DNA of 64,000 nucleotides from Patescibacteria group bacterium (GTDB lineage: Bacteria; Patescibacteriota; Minisyncoccia; Phycocordibacterales; JBBUBG01), in assembly GCA_040384765.1 (NCBI GenBank), contig JAZKIQ010000004.1:63434-127433 (forward strand), written 5' to 3'. The notes below the pieces were generated by a model, which was given only the letters and a program-made list of their open reading frames with translations, did not search any database and had not been told where the DNA came from. Below, in pieces: positions 18,712 to 28,156 of the stretch (position 1 is the first letter of the stretch; each line of letters starts with the position of its first letter). The translations under genes were made by a program, and so were the position numbers.

Positions 18712-19206
18712 ATGAAAAGAAACGCTCTCAAAGCAGGGTTTGGAATCGTTGAGGTGGTTGTCGGTTCTGCAGTCATCGCTGTGGTTGTGTTTGGATTTAC
18801 CTCGCTCTCCGCCCAGCTTTTGCGCACATCGTATGCAAACTCTGATCGCGTAAAGGCGGTACACCTTTCCGAGGAGGGGATCGAGGCGATACGTTTTATC
18901 CGAGATAGCGACTGGAACACCTTTTCAGCACTCACCAATGGGGCTTCGTACGATGTCGTGCTTTCGGGTGGTGTTTGGCAGGCGTCGGCTTCGCGGAGCA
19001 TGATCGACGGGCGCTTCCTTCGCACGGTCATGCTCTCGTCGGTATATCGCGACACCGCAGGTGCAGTTGTGGCAAGCGGCGGCACGCTCGATGCCGACTC
19101 TCGCAAAGTTGTGGTGTCGATCGAGTGGAAGAACCATGCCAGCACCACTCCTGCGGCTGCTTCGACGACAGAGACGATCAGTACCTATCTCAACAGGATC
19201 TTCTAA
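18712..19206 (+). CDS. Prepilin-type minor pilin
   Basis: MKRNALKAGFGIVEVVVGSAVIAVVV. Confidence 0.75.
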   Translation: MKRNALKAGFGIVEVVVGSAVIAVVVFGFTSLSAQLLRTSYANSDRVKAVHLSEEGIEAIRFIRDSDWNTFSALTNGASYDVVLSGGVWQASASRSMIDGRFLRTVMLSSVYRDTAGAVVASGGTLDADSRKVVVSIEWKNHASTTPAAASTTETISTYLNRIF

Positions 19207-19207
19207 T

Positions 19208-19717
19208 ATGCATCGATTTTTAAACACAAAAGGGGTGCGCGGCTACACGACTATGGAGCTTGTGGTGTACCTTGCGCTCTTTATAGTGCTCTCGCTCTTT
19301 CTTACGCAGGCCCTCTCTACGATGGCGCGCTCATTTCTCGCGCTTCGCCTCAACCAGTCAGTGACCGCGAGCGCCTCTGATATCCTTGAGAGGATGGTGC
19401 GCGATATGCGCCTCGCCAGCAGTATCGATACTGCCCAAACTATCTTTGATGCCTCTCCGGGCAAGCTTGTGCTCCAAGCAGGTGCCACTACTACCGAGTA
19501 TGCCCTTCTCGACGGCGCCATCACGCTTAGGGAAAATGGCATTTCGACCGGGCAGATTTCCAACCCAGGGGTGGTGGTGAGCTCGCTCGTTTTTCGAAAG
19601 GCGAGCAGTACGAGTGCTCTTTCGGTGCGAGCGGAGTTTTCGCTCTATGACAAACGTGCGGCTAGCACCACGAAGCGGACGTTTTATGGCACAGCACTTC
19701 TGCGTGGAGGATATTGA
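19208..19717 (+). CDS. Prepilin-type minor pilin (start MHRFLNTKGVRGYTTMELV, internal to the track ORF)
   Basis: RGYTTMELVVYLALFIVLSLFL; the track ORF's N-terminal 49 aa overlap the previous gene in another frame. Confidence 0.7.
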   Translation: MHRFLNTKGVRGYTTMELVVYLALFIVLSLFLTQALSTMARSFLALRLNQSVTASASDILERMVRDMRLASSIDTAQTIFDASPGKLVLQAGATTTEYALLDGAITLRENGISTGQISNPGVVVSSLVFRKASSTSALSVRAEFSLYDKRAASTTKRTFYGTALLRGGY

Positions 19718-19720
19718 TCT

Positions 19721-20878
19721 ATGCCTAAAGCCTTGAACCTAAAACCTAAAACTTATCGTGAAGGGCAAATAGTCCTCCTTTCCGTTTTCTTCATGGTGCT
19801 CATGTCGCTCGGGCTTCTTCTCGGGGGTACGGTCCCGCTCGTGCGAGAAACCCAAACGGTGAGAGATATCTCGCACTCTCGCGACGCATACTACTGGGCA
19901 GAAGGTGCTGTGGAGGACGTGGTGTATCGGATAAAAAAAGGGTACTCAGTGGGGAGTAGCGTCTCTGTGCCTATCGATGGGTCGAATGTGGTGGTGACGG
20001 TGACAGATGTTCCTGGCTCACGCATCGTGAGCGCTCTCGGAGACAAAAATAGCGATCGCAGGCGCGTGCAGGCGACGGTGGTGGCGGGTACTGGTATTTC
20101 GTTTAGCTACGGCATTCAGGTGGGTTCTCAGGGTATTTTCCTTGATAGCAATGCGGTCGTGAATGGGAGTATTTATACAAACGGAAGTGCAGAGGGAGAG
20201 AACGGATCAGCCGTGACGGGCTCGCTCTTTGCTGTGGGGAGCATCAGCTCACCCGACCCAGAGGTCACTGGCCAGGTGCAATCGGGAGCCGAGCCTCTCG
20301 CGCTTCCGGAAGTAGATATTGACTCGTGGAAGAGTGCCGCCAATGTGAACAACAACCCTATCGTGGGAGATGTTACCTATTCGGGTGCTGGCAACAGTCT
20401 CGGACCGCGCAAGGTGGTGGGAAATATGACCCTCAGTAATGGCGCCACCCTTACCGTTACAGGGCCACTTCATATTACGGGCAATCTTATCCTCGATAAC
20501 AACTCTACGCTCAAGCTCGACTCTTCTTTTGGCTCTGCGGGTACTGCGATCATTGTCGACGGAGAGGTCACGCTGTATAACAATGCGCTCGTGCTCGGTA
20601 CGGGCGCTACGCCAAAAGGGTATCTCCTTATCCTCTCGACCTCTTCGTCAGCAAACGCGATAAAAATCGACAACAATGGAAACGCGCAGGCCTATTTTTA
20701 TGCCTACAACGGCACGATCGTACTCGATAACAATGCGGGTGCCATGGCCATCGTGGGGCAGCGTGTCGTTCTTAATAATGGTGCGGAGGTGAATTATGAA
20801 ATCGGCCTGGCACACCCTCAGTTTTCAAGCGGGCCAGGTGGCACCTTTGAGGTGAAAGGTTGGAAGGAGACCGAATAA
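19721..20878 (+). CDS. PilX-like pilus-associated protein with predicted beta-helix (N/G/T-rich repeats)
   Basis: N-terminal hydrophobic IVLLSVFFMVLMSLGLLL; repetitive xNGxxL(T/V)V segments. Confidence 0.55.
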   Translation: MPKALNLKPKTYREGQIVLLSVFFMVLMSLGLLLGGTVPLVRETQTVRDISHSRDAYYWAEGAVEDVVYRIKKGYSVGSSVSVPIDGSNVVVTVTDVPGSRIVSALGDKNSDRRRVQATVVAGTGISFSYGIQVGSQGIFLDSNAVVNGSIYTNGSAEGENGSAVTGSLFAVGSISSPDPEVTGQVQSGAEPLALPEVDIDSWKSAANVNNNPIVGDVTYSGAGNSLGPRKVVGNMTLSNGATLTVTGPLHITGNLILDNNSTLKLDSSFGSAGTAIIVDGEVTLYNNALVLGTGATPKGYLLILSTSSSANAIKIDNNGNAQAYFYAYNGTIVLDNNAGAMAIVGQRVVLNNGAEVNYEIGLAHPQFSSGPGGTFEVKGWKETE

Positions 20879-20887
20879 GGTAGGCTC

Positions 20888-20981
20888 AAACCTGCAAAAG
20901 CTATTTGCCGTCGCTGTCTGGCGCTGCTGCGCCAGCGCTGACTCTCGCGCCGTCGCGCTGCTAGACACGGCAAATAGCTTT
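20888..20981. repeat. 24-bp perfect inverted repeat enclosing a 46-nt GC-rich loop (large terminator-like hairpin after the pilus cluster)
   Basis: aaacctgcaaaagctatttgccgt ... acggcaaatagcttttgcaggttt followed by ttcgc. Confidence 0.6.
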
Positions 20982-21060
20982 TGCAGGTTTTCGCTGGGGC
21001 GGCAGAGAATACGCACCCTTGATTCTCTCGGCGGGCTTACGCAACCTGTGATAAAGTGGA

Positions 21061-21819
21061 TTGATGAAACGGAAACTCATTGTCGCTAACTGGAAGATGA
21101 ATCCCGATACGTCACTCGAAGCCCTCCATCTCTGGGAGGAGATCGGGAAGGCCTCTTCGGCGCTTAAAAAAACCTCGGTCGTAGTCTGCCCTCCAGCGAT
21201 CTATGTAGGGCTCGTGGCAGGGCAGGGGGGGCAGGCTCTCCTTGGAGCTCAAAACTGTTCCGCATCTTCTGAGGGAGCGCGTACGGGGGAAGTGTCAGCT
21301 TCAATGCTTGCCAACGCTGGCGTGGCGTATGTGATTGTGGGACATTCGGAGCGCCGCGCGATGGGGGAGACCAACAACGACGTTTCTGAAAAAGTGGCTG
21401 CAGTGCTTCGTGCAGATATGGTGCCTCTCGTGTGCGTGGGGGAGCGCGTGCGCGACCCGGACGGCTTCTACCTTAAGGAGACGACAACGCAGCTTGAAGA
21501 GGGGCTTGCAAAGGTGTCTAAGAAAAATCTTTCAAAAATAGTGATCGCCTATGAGCCGGTCTGGGCGATTGGCAAAAACGGGGCTGGCCCCGCTTCGGTA
21601 ACCGACGTGCTTGAGATGGTGCTCTATATCCGGCGTGCGCTTATACGGATCTTTGGCAAGGAGGCGGCCAAAGTGCCGGTGCTCTATGGGGGGTCGGTAG
21701 AGGTAAAAAACGCGGCGGAGTTTATGGAGCACGCAGGTATCGACGGGCTCCTTGTTGGGCGTGAAAGCCTAAACACAAAGGCCTTCCCCGAGCTGCTTCG
21801 TATTGTTGATCACCTGTAG
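21061..21819 (+). CDS. tpiA: Triosephosphate isomerase
   Basis: IVANWKMNP...VIVGHSERR...AYEPVWAIGKNG. Confidence 0.94.
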   Translation: MMKRKLIVANWKMNPDTSLEALHLWEEIGKASSALKKTSVVVCPPAIYVGLVAGQGGQALLGAQNCSASSEGARTGEVSASMLANAGVAYVIVGHSERRAMGETNNDVSEKVAAVLRADMVPLVCVGERVRDPDGFYLKETTTQLEEGLAKVSKKNLSKIVIAYEPVWAIGKNGAGPASVTDVLEMVLYIRRALIRIFGKEAAKVPVLYGGSVEVKNAAEFMEHAGIDGLLVGRESLNTKAFPELLRIVDHL

Positions 21820-21820
21820 C

Positions 21821-22891
21821 ATGTCTCTTCCTTCACTTCGCAAGCTCGAAGGCGGTGCGCTCCATGGTAAGCGCGTTTTTGCGCGTGTCGACTGGAATGA
21901 GCCGGTGGCGGAGGGTGTAGTCAAAGATGATTTTCGGATACAAAAAACCCTTAGCTCGCTGCGGTTTATCCTTGCGCACGCAGAGCATCTCACTATCGCC
22001 ACCCATCTTGAGGAGGATGACGGGGATGTCACACCGCTCTTTGAGAAGTTTCTTTCGTTCCCCGGCATCAGAGAGCATCAGTCGAAGATTTCGATGCTCG
22101 AAAACCTTCGAAAAGATCCCCGAGAGAAGGCGAACGATCCCGCGTTTGCAGCAGAGCTCGCTCGGATGGCAGATATATATGTGAACGAAGCGTTCGCGGT
22201 GTCGCATCGGGAGCATGCGTCTATTGTGGGTATTCCAAAGCTGCTTCCACCCTATGCTGGGTACACACTCGAAGATGAGGTGCGGGAGCTTGGGCGGGTG
22301 TTTACCCCAGAGCACCCGTTTGTTGCCGTACTCGGTGGCGCAAAGTTTGAAACGAAGATTGCACTCACGAAGCGCTTCTCGGAGCTCTCTGACACTATTT
22401 TCATCTCGGGAGCTCTCTGTATCGAATTTTTTAGATCAAAGGGGTACGAGATGGGCTGCTCGATCGAAACACCGGTACTGCATGAGGTGGCAGAGTTTTT
22501 GCACAATGCAAAGATACAGCTTCCCAAAGATATAATTACTGAAAAAGGAGAGGTGAAGCGGCCAGATCAGGTGGGAAAAGATGATGCAGTGCGCGATATC
22601 GGACCCGCGACAGTGCGCGAGATGACTGATGCGATCGCCAAGGCGAAGCTCGTGGTGTGGAACGGCCCGCTCGGGAAATATGAGGATGGGTTTACAAAAG
22701 CAACCGACGATCTTGCAGAGGCGATCGCAAAGTCAGGCGCCTACTCTATTGTGGGCGGGGGAGATACGCTTACCTCGATCAAGAAGCTCGACCTTTTGTC
22801 GAAGTTTGATTTTGTATCGACGGGCGGAGGCGCGATGCTCGACTTTATTGCTGAAGGTACACTTCCTGGAATCGAAGCTCTTAAAAACTAA
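21821..22891 (+). CDS. pgk: Phosphoglycerate kinase (start MSLPSLRKL)
   Basis: RVDWNEP...; C-terminus GGGDTLTSI...STGGGAMLDF. Confidence 0.92.
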   Translation: MSLPSLRKLEGGALHGKRVFARVDWNEPVAEGVVKDDFRIQKTLSSLRFILAHAEHLTIATHLEEDDGDVTPLFEKFLSFPGIREHQSKISMLENLRKDPREKANDPAFAAELARMADIYVNEAFAVSHREHASIVGIPKLLPPYAGYTLEDEVRELGRVFTPEHPFVAVLGGAKFETKIALTKRFSELSDTIFISGALCIEFFRSKGYEMGCSIETPVLHEVAEFLHNAKIQLPKDIITEKGEVKRPDQVGKDDAVRDIGPATVREMTDAIAKAKLVVWNGPLGKYEDGFTKATDDLAEAIAKSGAYSIVGGGDTLTSIKKLDLLSKFDFVSTGGGAMLDFIAEGTLPGIEALKN

Positions 22892-23241
22892 AGAGCTGCT
22901 CGAATTTTCTCTACGTTGTCTTTAAGGTCGGCCATATTCTTTTCGGTATTTGGCCACACCCACACATGGGCGTGTGCTACATCTTCGCCAAACACCTGGC
23001 TTCGGATGAGTTCTGCGCCGAAGGCCTCTTTTTGGGCTAGCGCGATCTTCCTCACGACTTCAAAATAGGGGCCGATCTCAGGCACATCCCACACCCATCG
23101 GTAATGCTGTTTGGGGATTATCTGGGTGTGCCCCGTACCGCGCGGATGAATATCAAGAAAGGCGAGGAAAAGGTTGTCCTCGTACACCACCAGAGCAGGG
23201 ATCTCTTTTCGTACAATTTTGCAAAAAATGCAGTCAGTCAT
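22888..23241 (-). CDS. HIT-family (histidine triad) hydrolase
   Basis: CIFCKI...HAHVWVWP triad; 117 aa. Confidence 0.88.
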   Translation of the reverse strand: MTDCIFCKIVRKEIPALVVYEDNLFLAFLDIHPRGTGHTQIIPKQHYRWVWDVPEIGPYFEVVRKIALAQKEAFGAELIRSQVFGEDVAHAHVWVWPNTEKNMADLKDNVEKIRAAL

Positions 23242-23271
23242 AGGTGGAGTATAGCGTGATACAATCCGGCG

Positions 23272-24906
23272 ATGGAAGAGTATCCCGAGCTGTTGCGCAC
23301 CCTGCTTCTCAATCGTGGTATTACCACGAAAGACGAGGCAGAGCGATTTTTATACCCAGACTATGAGCGCGATCTGCACGATCCATTTCTGATTCTTCAT
23401 ATGGAGCGTGCGGTAGAGCGTATTTTGAAGGCAGTTGCTGATCAAGAAAAGATTGTTATTTGGGGCGACTACGATTGCGACGGTATTCCAGGCTCTGTGG
23501 TACTACACGACTTCTTTCAGAAGATTGGCTATGCCCATTTTTCAAACTATATTCCTCATCGCTACCTCGAAGGATATGGCCTCAATATTCCCGGTATCGA
23601 AAAACTCGCGGCAGAGGGAGCGAAGCTGATTGTCACGGTTGATTCGGGTATTACTGATGTCGAGCAGGTGGCGCGTGCAAACGAGCTTGGTGTCGATGTT
23701 ATCGTTACTGACCATCATCTGCCGCAGGAGGTGCTTCCGAATGCGTATGCTGTCCTCAATTCGAAGCAGGCAGAGGATACCTATCCATTTCCGTTTCTGT
23801 CGGGAGCAGGCGTTGCTTTTAAGCTGGTCCAAGCCCTTCTTTTGCGAGGAGGCTTCGATGTAAAAACGGGATGGGAGAAATGGCTCCTCGATGTTGCTGG
23901 CCTTTCGACCATTGCTGACATGGTGCCGCTTGTGGGAGAGAACCGTGCGCTTGCGCACTTTGGACTTCGAGTCTTGCGTCGTACTCCGCGTCTGGGCCTG
24001 CAGGCTCTCTATCGAAACGCTCGACTTAACCCAGATCATCTCACCGAAGATGATGTTGGCTTTACCATCGGTCCTCGCATCAATGCCGCCTCTCGCATGG
24101 GGGAGCCTATTCGAGCGTTTGAGATGCTCTCTACGCGTGATCCACTGGCTGCTGGAATGATGGCTGCGTATCTCGAGGAGAAAAATGATGAGCGGAAGTA
24201 TGTGGTCTCAGAGATGATCGCAGAAGTTGATGCGCTCGTCGCGGCTCGCAGTACCGAGCCGGTTCTTGTTGTGGGGTCACCAAGCTGGAGACCTGGAGTT
24301 GTGGGGCTTGCTGCATCAAGAATTGTAGAGCGATACGGACGCACGGCCTTTGTGTGGGGTGGTGAGGGATGCTCTGACCTCAAAGGTTCATGTCGTTCTG
24401 ATGGGACAGTCAATATCGTAGAGCTGATGAGAAATGCAGAGGCCGAGACGTTTCTTGGATTTGGAGGTCATGAGCAGGCCGGTGGCTTCTCAGTGCATCG
24501 AGATCGTATCGGAGCCCTCGAAGAGCGGCTGATGGTCGCGCACAGGGCAACGGCGCCACTCTCCAAGGGAAAGAGTGAGCGTCTTGTCGACGCAGCTCTT
24601 TCGCTTGATGCAGTCACCTGGGATACCTATCGGCTTATCGAGCAGCTTGCTCCGTATGGAGAAGGGAATCCGAAGCCGATCTTTTCATTTGAGGTCAGGC
24701 CAACTGCTTCGCGTCGTTTTGGCAAGAAAAAAGAGCATCTCGAGGTGACTTTTAAAAAAGAGTCAGGGGAGCCGGTAAACGCCATCCAGTTTTTTTCGAG
24801 CAATGAGCTTCCTCGACCGGGAGAGAAGATGTCGATGCTTGCTCATATCGAAAAGAACACGTTTAAGCGCACTCCGGAGCTACGATTGCGCATCGTTGAA
24901 GCGTAG
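23272..24906 (+). CDS. recJ: RecJ-like DHH/DHHA1 single-strand-DNA exonuclease
   Basis: DYDCDGI, VTDHH, GGHEQAGG motifs. Confidence 0.85.
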   Translation: MEEYPELLRTLLLNRGITTKDEAERFLYPDYERDLHDPFLILHMERAVERILKAVADQEKIVIWGDYDCDGIPGSVVLHDFFQKIGYAHFSNYIPHRYLEGYGLNIPGIEKLAAEGAKLIVTVDSGITDVEQVARANELGVDVIVTDHHLPQEVLPNAYAVLNSKQAEDTYPFPFLSGAGVAFKLVQALLLRGGFDVKTGWEKWLLDVAGLSTIADMVPLVGENRALAHFGLRVLRRTPRLGLQALYRNARLNPDHLTEDDVGFTIGPRINAASRMGEPIRAFEMLSTRDPLAAGMMAAYLEEKNDERKYVVSEMIAEVDALVAARSTEPVLVVGSPSWRPGVVGLAASRIVERYGRTAFVWGGEGCSDLKGSCRSDGTVNIVELMRNAEAETFLGFGGHEQAGGFSVHRDRIGALEERLMVAHRATAPLSKGKSERLVDAALSLDAVTWDTYRLIEQLAPYGEGNPKPIFSFEVRPTASRRFGKKKEHLEVTFKKESGEPVNAIQFFSSNELPRPGEKMSMLAHIEKNTFKRTPELRLRIVEA

Positions 24907-24973
24907 TGGGTCCTTGATAGTAGTATGCTTTGTAGTATCTTGTAGCGAGACCGCCGGGTAGCCGGCAGGAGGT

Positions 24974-25426
24974 GTGTCTCTGGAGAAGTGCCTCTTTACA
25001 CCAAAAGAGGTGGGGGAAGTTGTCGGCGTTTCATATCGCCAGATCCGGTACTGGGGAAAAACCGGTTTCATCAAGCCGACAGCGATGAGAAATGGAAAGC
25101 ATCGGCTTTTCACAAAGAAGGATGTCTGTCTCTTTGCCGCGGCGAAGCATTTCCGCGAGCATTACAGCATCCCGAAACTACGGGGGTTTATGCAAGATAT
25201 CGCGCAAGGGTTGCGCGATTGCTACCTCCCGCTTCCCGGCCTTGTGATCTTGATACAGGGGGGAAGGGCGTTTGTGATCTCGGGACAGGTCGTTGGATCG
25301 TTTCCAGGCACGCACGTCTTTAGTCTCGCGCCCGTGTGCGAGACAATAAAGCAGATGTACCCTGATACGGAGGATGGGCTCAGATTGAGCAAATCGCTCC
25401 GTATTGTGGGGCCAATGGCGGCCTAG
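24974..25426 (+). CDS. MerR-family HTH transcriptional regulator (GTG start)
   Basis: FTPKEVGEVVGVSYRQIRYWGKTGFIKP HTH. Confidence 0.75.
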   Translation: MSLEKCLFTPKEVGEVVGVSYRQIRYWGKTGFIKPTAMRNGKHRLFTKKDVCLFAAAKHFREHYSIPKLRGFMQDIAQGLRDCYLPLPGLVILIQGGRAFVISGQVVGSFPGTHVFSLAPVCETIKQMYPDTEDGLRLSKSLRIVGPMAA

Positions 25427-25454
25427 GTCAGTACCTGTTTTGTATAGGACTTGT

Positions 25455-25485
25455 TGCGCGGGCACCCTTTCTTTGGGTGCCCGTT
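25455..25485 (+). terminator. Terminator-like hairpin
   Basis: gcgggcaccctttctttgggtgcccgt followed by ttcatttg. Confidence 0.5.
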
Positions 25486-25516
25486 TCATTTGCATCTGTT
25501 ACTATCTTTTGTATCT

Positions 25517-25978
25517 ATGACCCCAAAAATAATCGCGTATACCGACGGGGGCTCGAGAAATAACCCGGGCGCGGCAGGGTCTGGGGCCTATATTATCGAT
25601 GCGGAAGGGAACGTCCTCAAAAAGGCGTGGAGGGCGCTTGGTGTCGCGACCAACAATGTTGCGGAGTATACGGCAGTGATCCTTGCTCTCGAAGAGATAA
25701 AAAAGTTGGTGCCGGAAGCGGCGCGAAAAGATGCGGAGATCGAGATCCGGATGGATTCAGAGCTTGTATGTAGACAGATGATGGGGAGATACAAAATAAA
25801 AGCACCAGGATTGAAGCCGCTGTATGCAGATGTGCGAAATCTGATTATCGACTTTCCAAAAACGAAATTTGTTCATGTGCGGCGCGAGCTAAACAAAGAT
25901 GCGGATGCTCTTTCGAATGTGGCGATGGATGAAAGTGAGAAGATGCTAGCGAGCGCGAAAGAAGGGTTGTTCAAATAA
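25517..25978 (+). CDS. rnhA: Ribonuclease HI (start MTPKIIAYTDGG)
   Basis: YTDGGSRNNPG...EYTAVILALE...HVRRELNKDADALSN. Confidence 0.88.
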   Translation: MTPKIIAYTDGGSRNNPGAAGSGAYIIDAEGNVLKKAWRALGVATNNVAEYTAVILALEEIKKLVPEAARKDAEIEIRMDSELVCRQMMGRYKIKAPGLKPLYADVRNLIIDFPKTKFVHVRRELNKDADALSNVAMDESEKMLASAKEGLFK

Positions 25979-26088
25979 ATAAAACAGTATCTTTTTTGGA
26001 ACACGGATATTTTTCTGGTGAAAAATTCCTCGAGCTCGCTTCGATCAAGCTCGCTAGTTTCCAAAAAAGATACTGTTTTATTTATTTG
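25972..26088. repeat. Family-1 element copy 2; the left arm contains the rnhA stop codon
   Basis: 20-bp perfect arms caaataaataaaacagtatc / gatactgttttatttatttg around the conserved core (nearly identical to copy 1). Confidence 0.8.
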
Positions 26089-26097
26089 GTGCGCTCA

Positions 26098-26601
26098 CTA
26101 GCGAGAGAGGAGGAGGATTGAGAATGCAAATACGAGTGCTTGTGATCCGAGGCCAACTAGGTCCCATTTGAGGCGGGTCTTCGCATGCCACACATCGTGA
26201 AACTCTTTGAGCTCTTTCACGGGTGTTTTGCGCCAGAACCAGTAGACGGACTGCAGTGCGTCGGGAAGAATAGCTCCGATGGCGACGGCAGCGTAGGGGA
26301 GAAGGCCGGAAAAGGAGAGCTCGGGGCGTACTACCAAGATTCCAGCTGCTGTGCCAACGGCCACATCAAACGTAATCTTTAAGAGATCTTTTGCAATATT
26401 GCGAGAAGTGGGGTGGAGCTCGATATGGAGAACCTCTGCGCGCTCCTGTTTTGCCGTGCCTAAGTGGTAGTCGTAGTGGGGGATCGCGTCAGCGAGGTAG
26501 TGCGTAAACATGCCAAAAAGAAACCCGAGGCCTGGGTTTGCTATGCCGATCATTGGCTTTGCTAGGGCTTCTGCTATTACAATATGAGTTGCCAGGGTCA
26601 T
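26098..26601 (-). CDS. Membrane-bound hydrolase-like protein (DUF457/YdjM-like, tentative; start MTLATH)
   Basis: Polytopic; HYLADAIPHYDYHLG motif. The track ORF is extended through a palindrome. Confidence 0.45.
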   Translation of the reverse strand: MTLATHIVIAEALAKPMIGIANPGLGFLFGMFTHYLADAIPHYDYHLGTAKQERAEVLHIELHPTSRNIAKDLLKITFDVAVGTAAGILVVRPELSFSGLLPYAAVAIGAILPDALQSVYWFWRKTPVKELKEFHDVWHAKTRLKWDLVGLGSQALVFAFSILLLSR

Positions 26602-26603
26602 GG

Positions 26604-26642
26604 AGTATGTTTTAAAAGCATCCGCTGCTTTTAAAACATACT
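26604..26642. promoter_or_regulatory. 17-bp perfect palindrome (5-nt spacer) in the divergent region between the hydrolase-like gene and comEC; candidate operator
   Basis: agtatgttttaaaagca-tccgc-tgcttttaaaacatact. Confidence 0.5.
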
Positions 26643-26653
26643 TTAGCATAGGT

Positions 26654-28120
26654 ATGTACGACAACTACGCTGTCCCATTTTTTGTCGGATTTTTGGTTGC
26701 GCTTACTGCCGCCTCCTTTTTGACGATTCCTCTCTCTGCCGTACTGTTTTCTTGCGTTGTTGCTCTCGCTTTTCTTTTGCTTTCCCGACAGTACCGTTTT
26801 ACTCCAGCCGCTTTTTTCTGCGTGGGTGTCGCATTTGGACTGACGAGATTTCTTGGTTCGGATGTTCCGAGAGACCTGCCCAAAGAGGTGCTTGGCGTCG
26901 AACATTCATATGAGGGAGTAGTTGTAGAGGAGCCTGTCGTTTCGGATCAGAATGCAAAGCTTCTCGTGCATCTTTCCGATCCCGAGCTTTCTGTCCTTGT
27001 AACGACAAACCGATATCCGGTCTATGAATATGGCGATGATATCGAACTCGTAGGGAAGCTAAAGAAGCCTGAAAACTTTTCCGATTTTGACTGGGTGGGG
27101 TATCTCGATATGCGCGGGGTTTCGTATGTGATGAGTTATCCGAATACCACCCTCATCTCTCGCGCTAGTGGATCGGCACTGCTCACGACCCTTCTTCGCT
27201 TCAAGCACTGGTCGATCGAAAAGATCGCGGAGGTGCTGCCCGAGCCAGCTGCTTCTTTTGCGGCCGGGATTGCATTTGGGGGAAAGGGAGGCCTCCCGAA
27301 AGATCTCACGGAGTCATTTAGAAAAACGGGCACTTCACATATTGTTGCAGTGTCAGGCTACAACCTTACTTTCGTTGCCGATCGCATCGATCTCCTTTTG
27401 AGAGGTGCGCCACTGTTCCTTGCTCGATTTGGGGGAGTGCTCGGGATCATTCTGTTTACTCTTATGACTGGTGCACAGGGAGCAACTGTGCGCGCTGCCA
27501 TCATGGCGCTCGCGCTTATTGCAGCCCGTCATCTGGGCAGGCCAGCGAGTCAGTTTCGACTCCTTATGATCGCGGTGTTTTTTATGGCGCTCCAAAATCC
27601 ACGGATTCTTTTCTTCGATCTCTCTTTCGAGCTTAGTTTTCTCGCAACAGTGGGGCTCATTTTTCTGTCACCTCTCTTTGAGAATCTCATTGAACGCTTC
27701 GTTTCGTCCGACGCGCTTCGGACTCTTATTTCAGGCACCCTTGGCGCACAGACGGCCGTGCTTCCTCTTATTTTGTATAAAACAGGGATTCTTTCCCTTG
27801 TCGCGCTTCCCGTAAATCTGGTCGTCTTGCCCTTGGTGCCTTTTGCGATGATCCTTGTTTTGGTGACAGCTCTCTTTGGGGCCTTCTCACACCTTCTTTC
27901 GTTCGCCATCGGTGCAGTTGCTTATGGAGTCCTCTCGGCAATCCTTTTTATTATCGAACAGTCTGCTGCGCTTCCTCTTGCTTTCGTTGAGGTTGGTTTT
28001 CCTTTTTCTCTCATGTGCTTTAGCTATGCGTTCCTCGTAGCTTGGATCTTCTTTGCTTATGAGCTTTCGAAAGCCCCGGCAGTGCTCGTCGACGGAGTCC
28101 GCATCGAACTCGTCGACTAA
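26654..28120 (+). CDS. comEC: ComEC/Rec2 competence channel (DUF4131 plus Competence domain), start at MYDNYAVPFF
   Basis: Polytopic; GTSHIVAVSGYNLTFV, LGAQTAVLPL motifs. Confidence 0.8.
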   Translation: MYDNYAVPFFVGFLVALTAASFLTIPLSAVLFSCVVALAFLLLSRQYRFTPAAFFCVGVAFGLTRFLGSDVPRDLPKEVLGVEHSYEGVVVEEPVVSDQNAKLLVHLSDPELSVLVTTNRYPVYEYGDDIELVGKLKKPENFSDFDWVGYLDMRGVSYVMSYPNTTLISRASGSALLTTLLRFKHWSIEKIAEVLPEPAASFAAGIAFGGKGGLPKDLTESFRKTGTSHIVAVSGYNLTFVADRIDLLLRGAPLFLARFGGVLGIILFTLMTGAQGATVRAAIMALALIAARHLGRPASQFRLLMIAVFFMALQNPRILFFDLSFELSFLATVGLIFLSPLFENLIERFVSSDALRTLISGTLGAQTAVLPLILYKTGILSLVALPVNLVVLPLVPFAMILVLVTALFGAFSHLLSFAIGAVAYGVLSAILFIIEQSAALPLAFVEVGFPFSLMCFSYAFLVAWIFFAYELSKAPAVLVDGVRIELVD

Positions 28121-28156
28121 GAATCGCGCTGTTCCTCGATCTGCTACACTTTTCCT

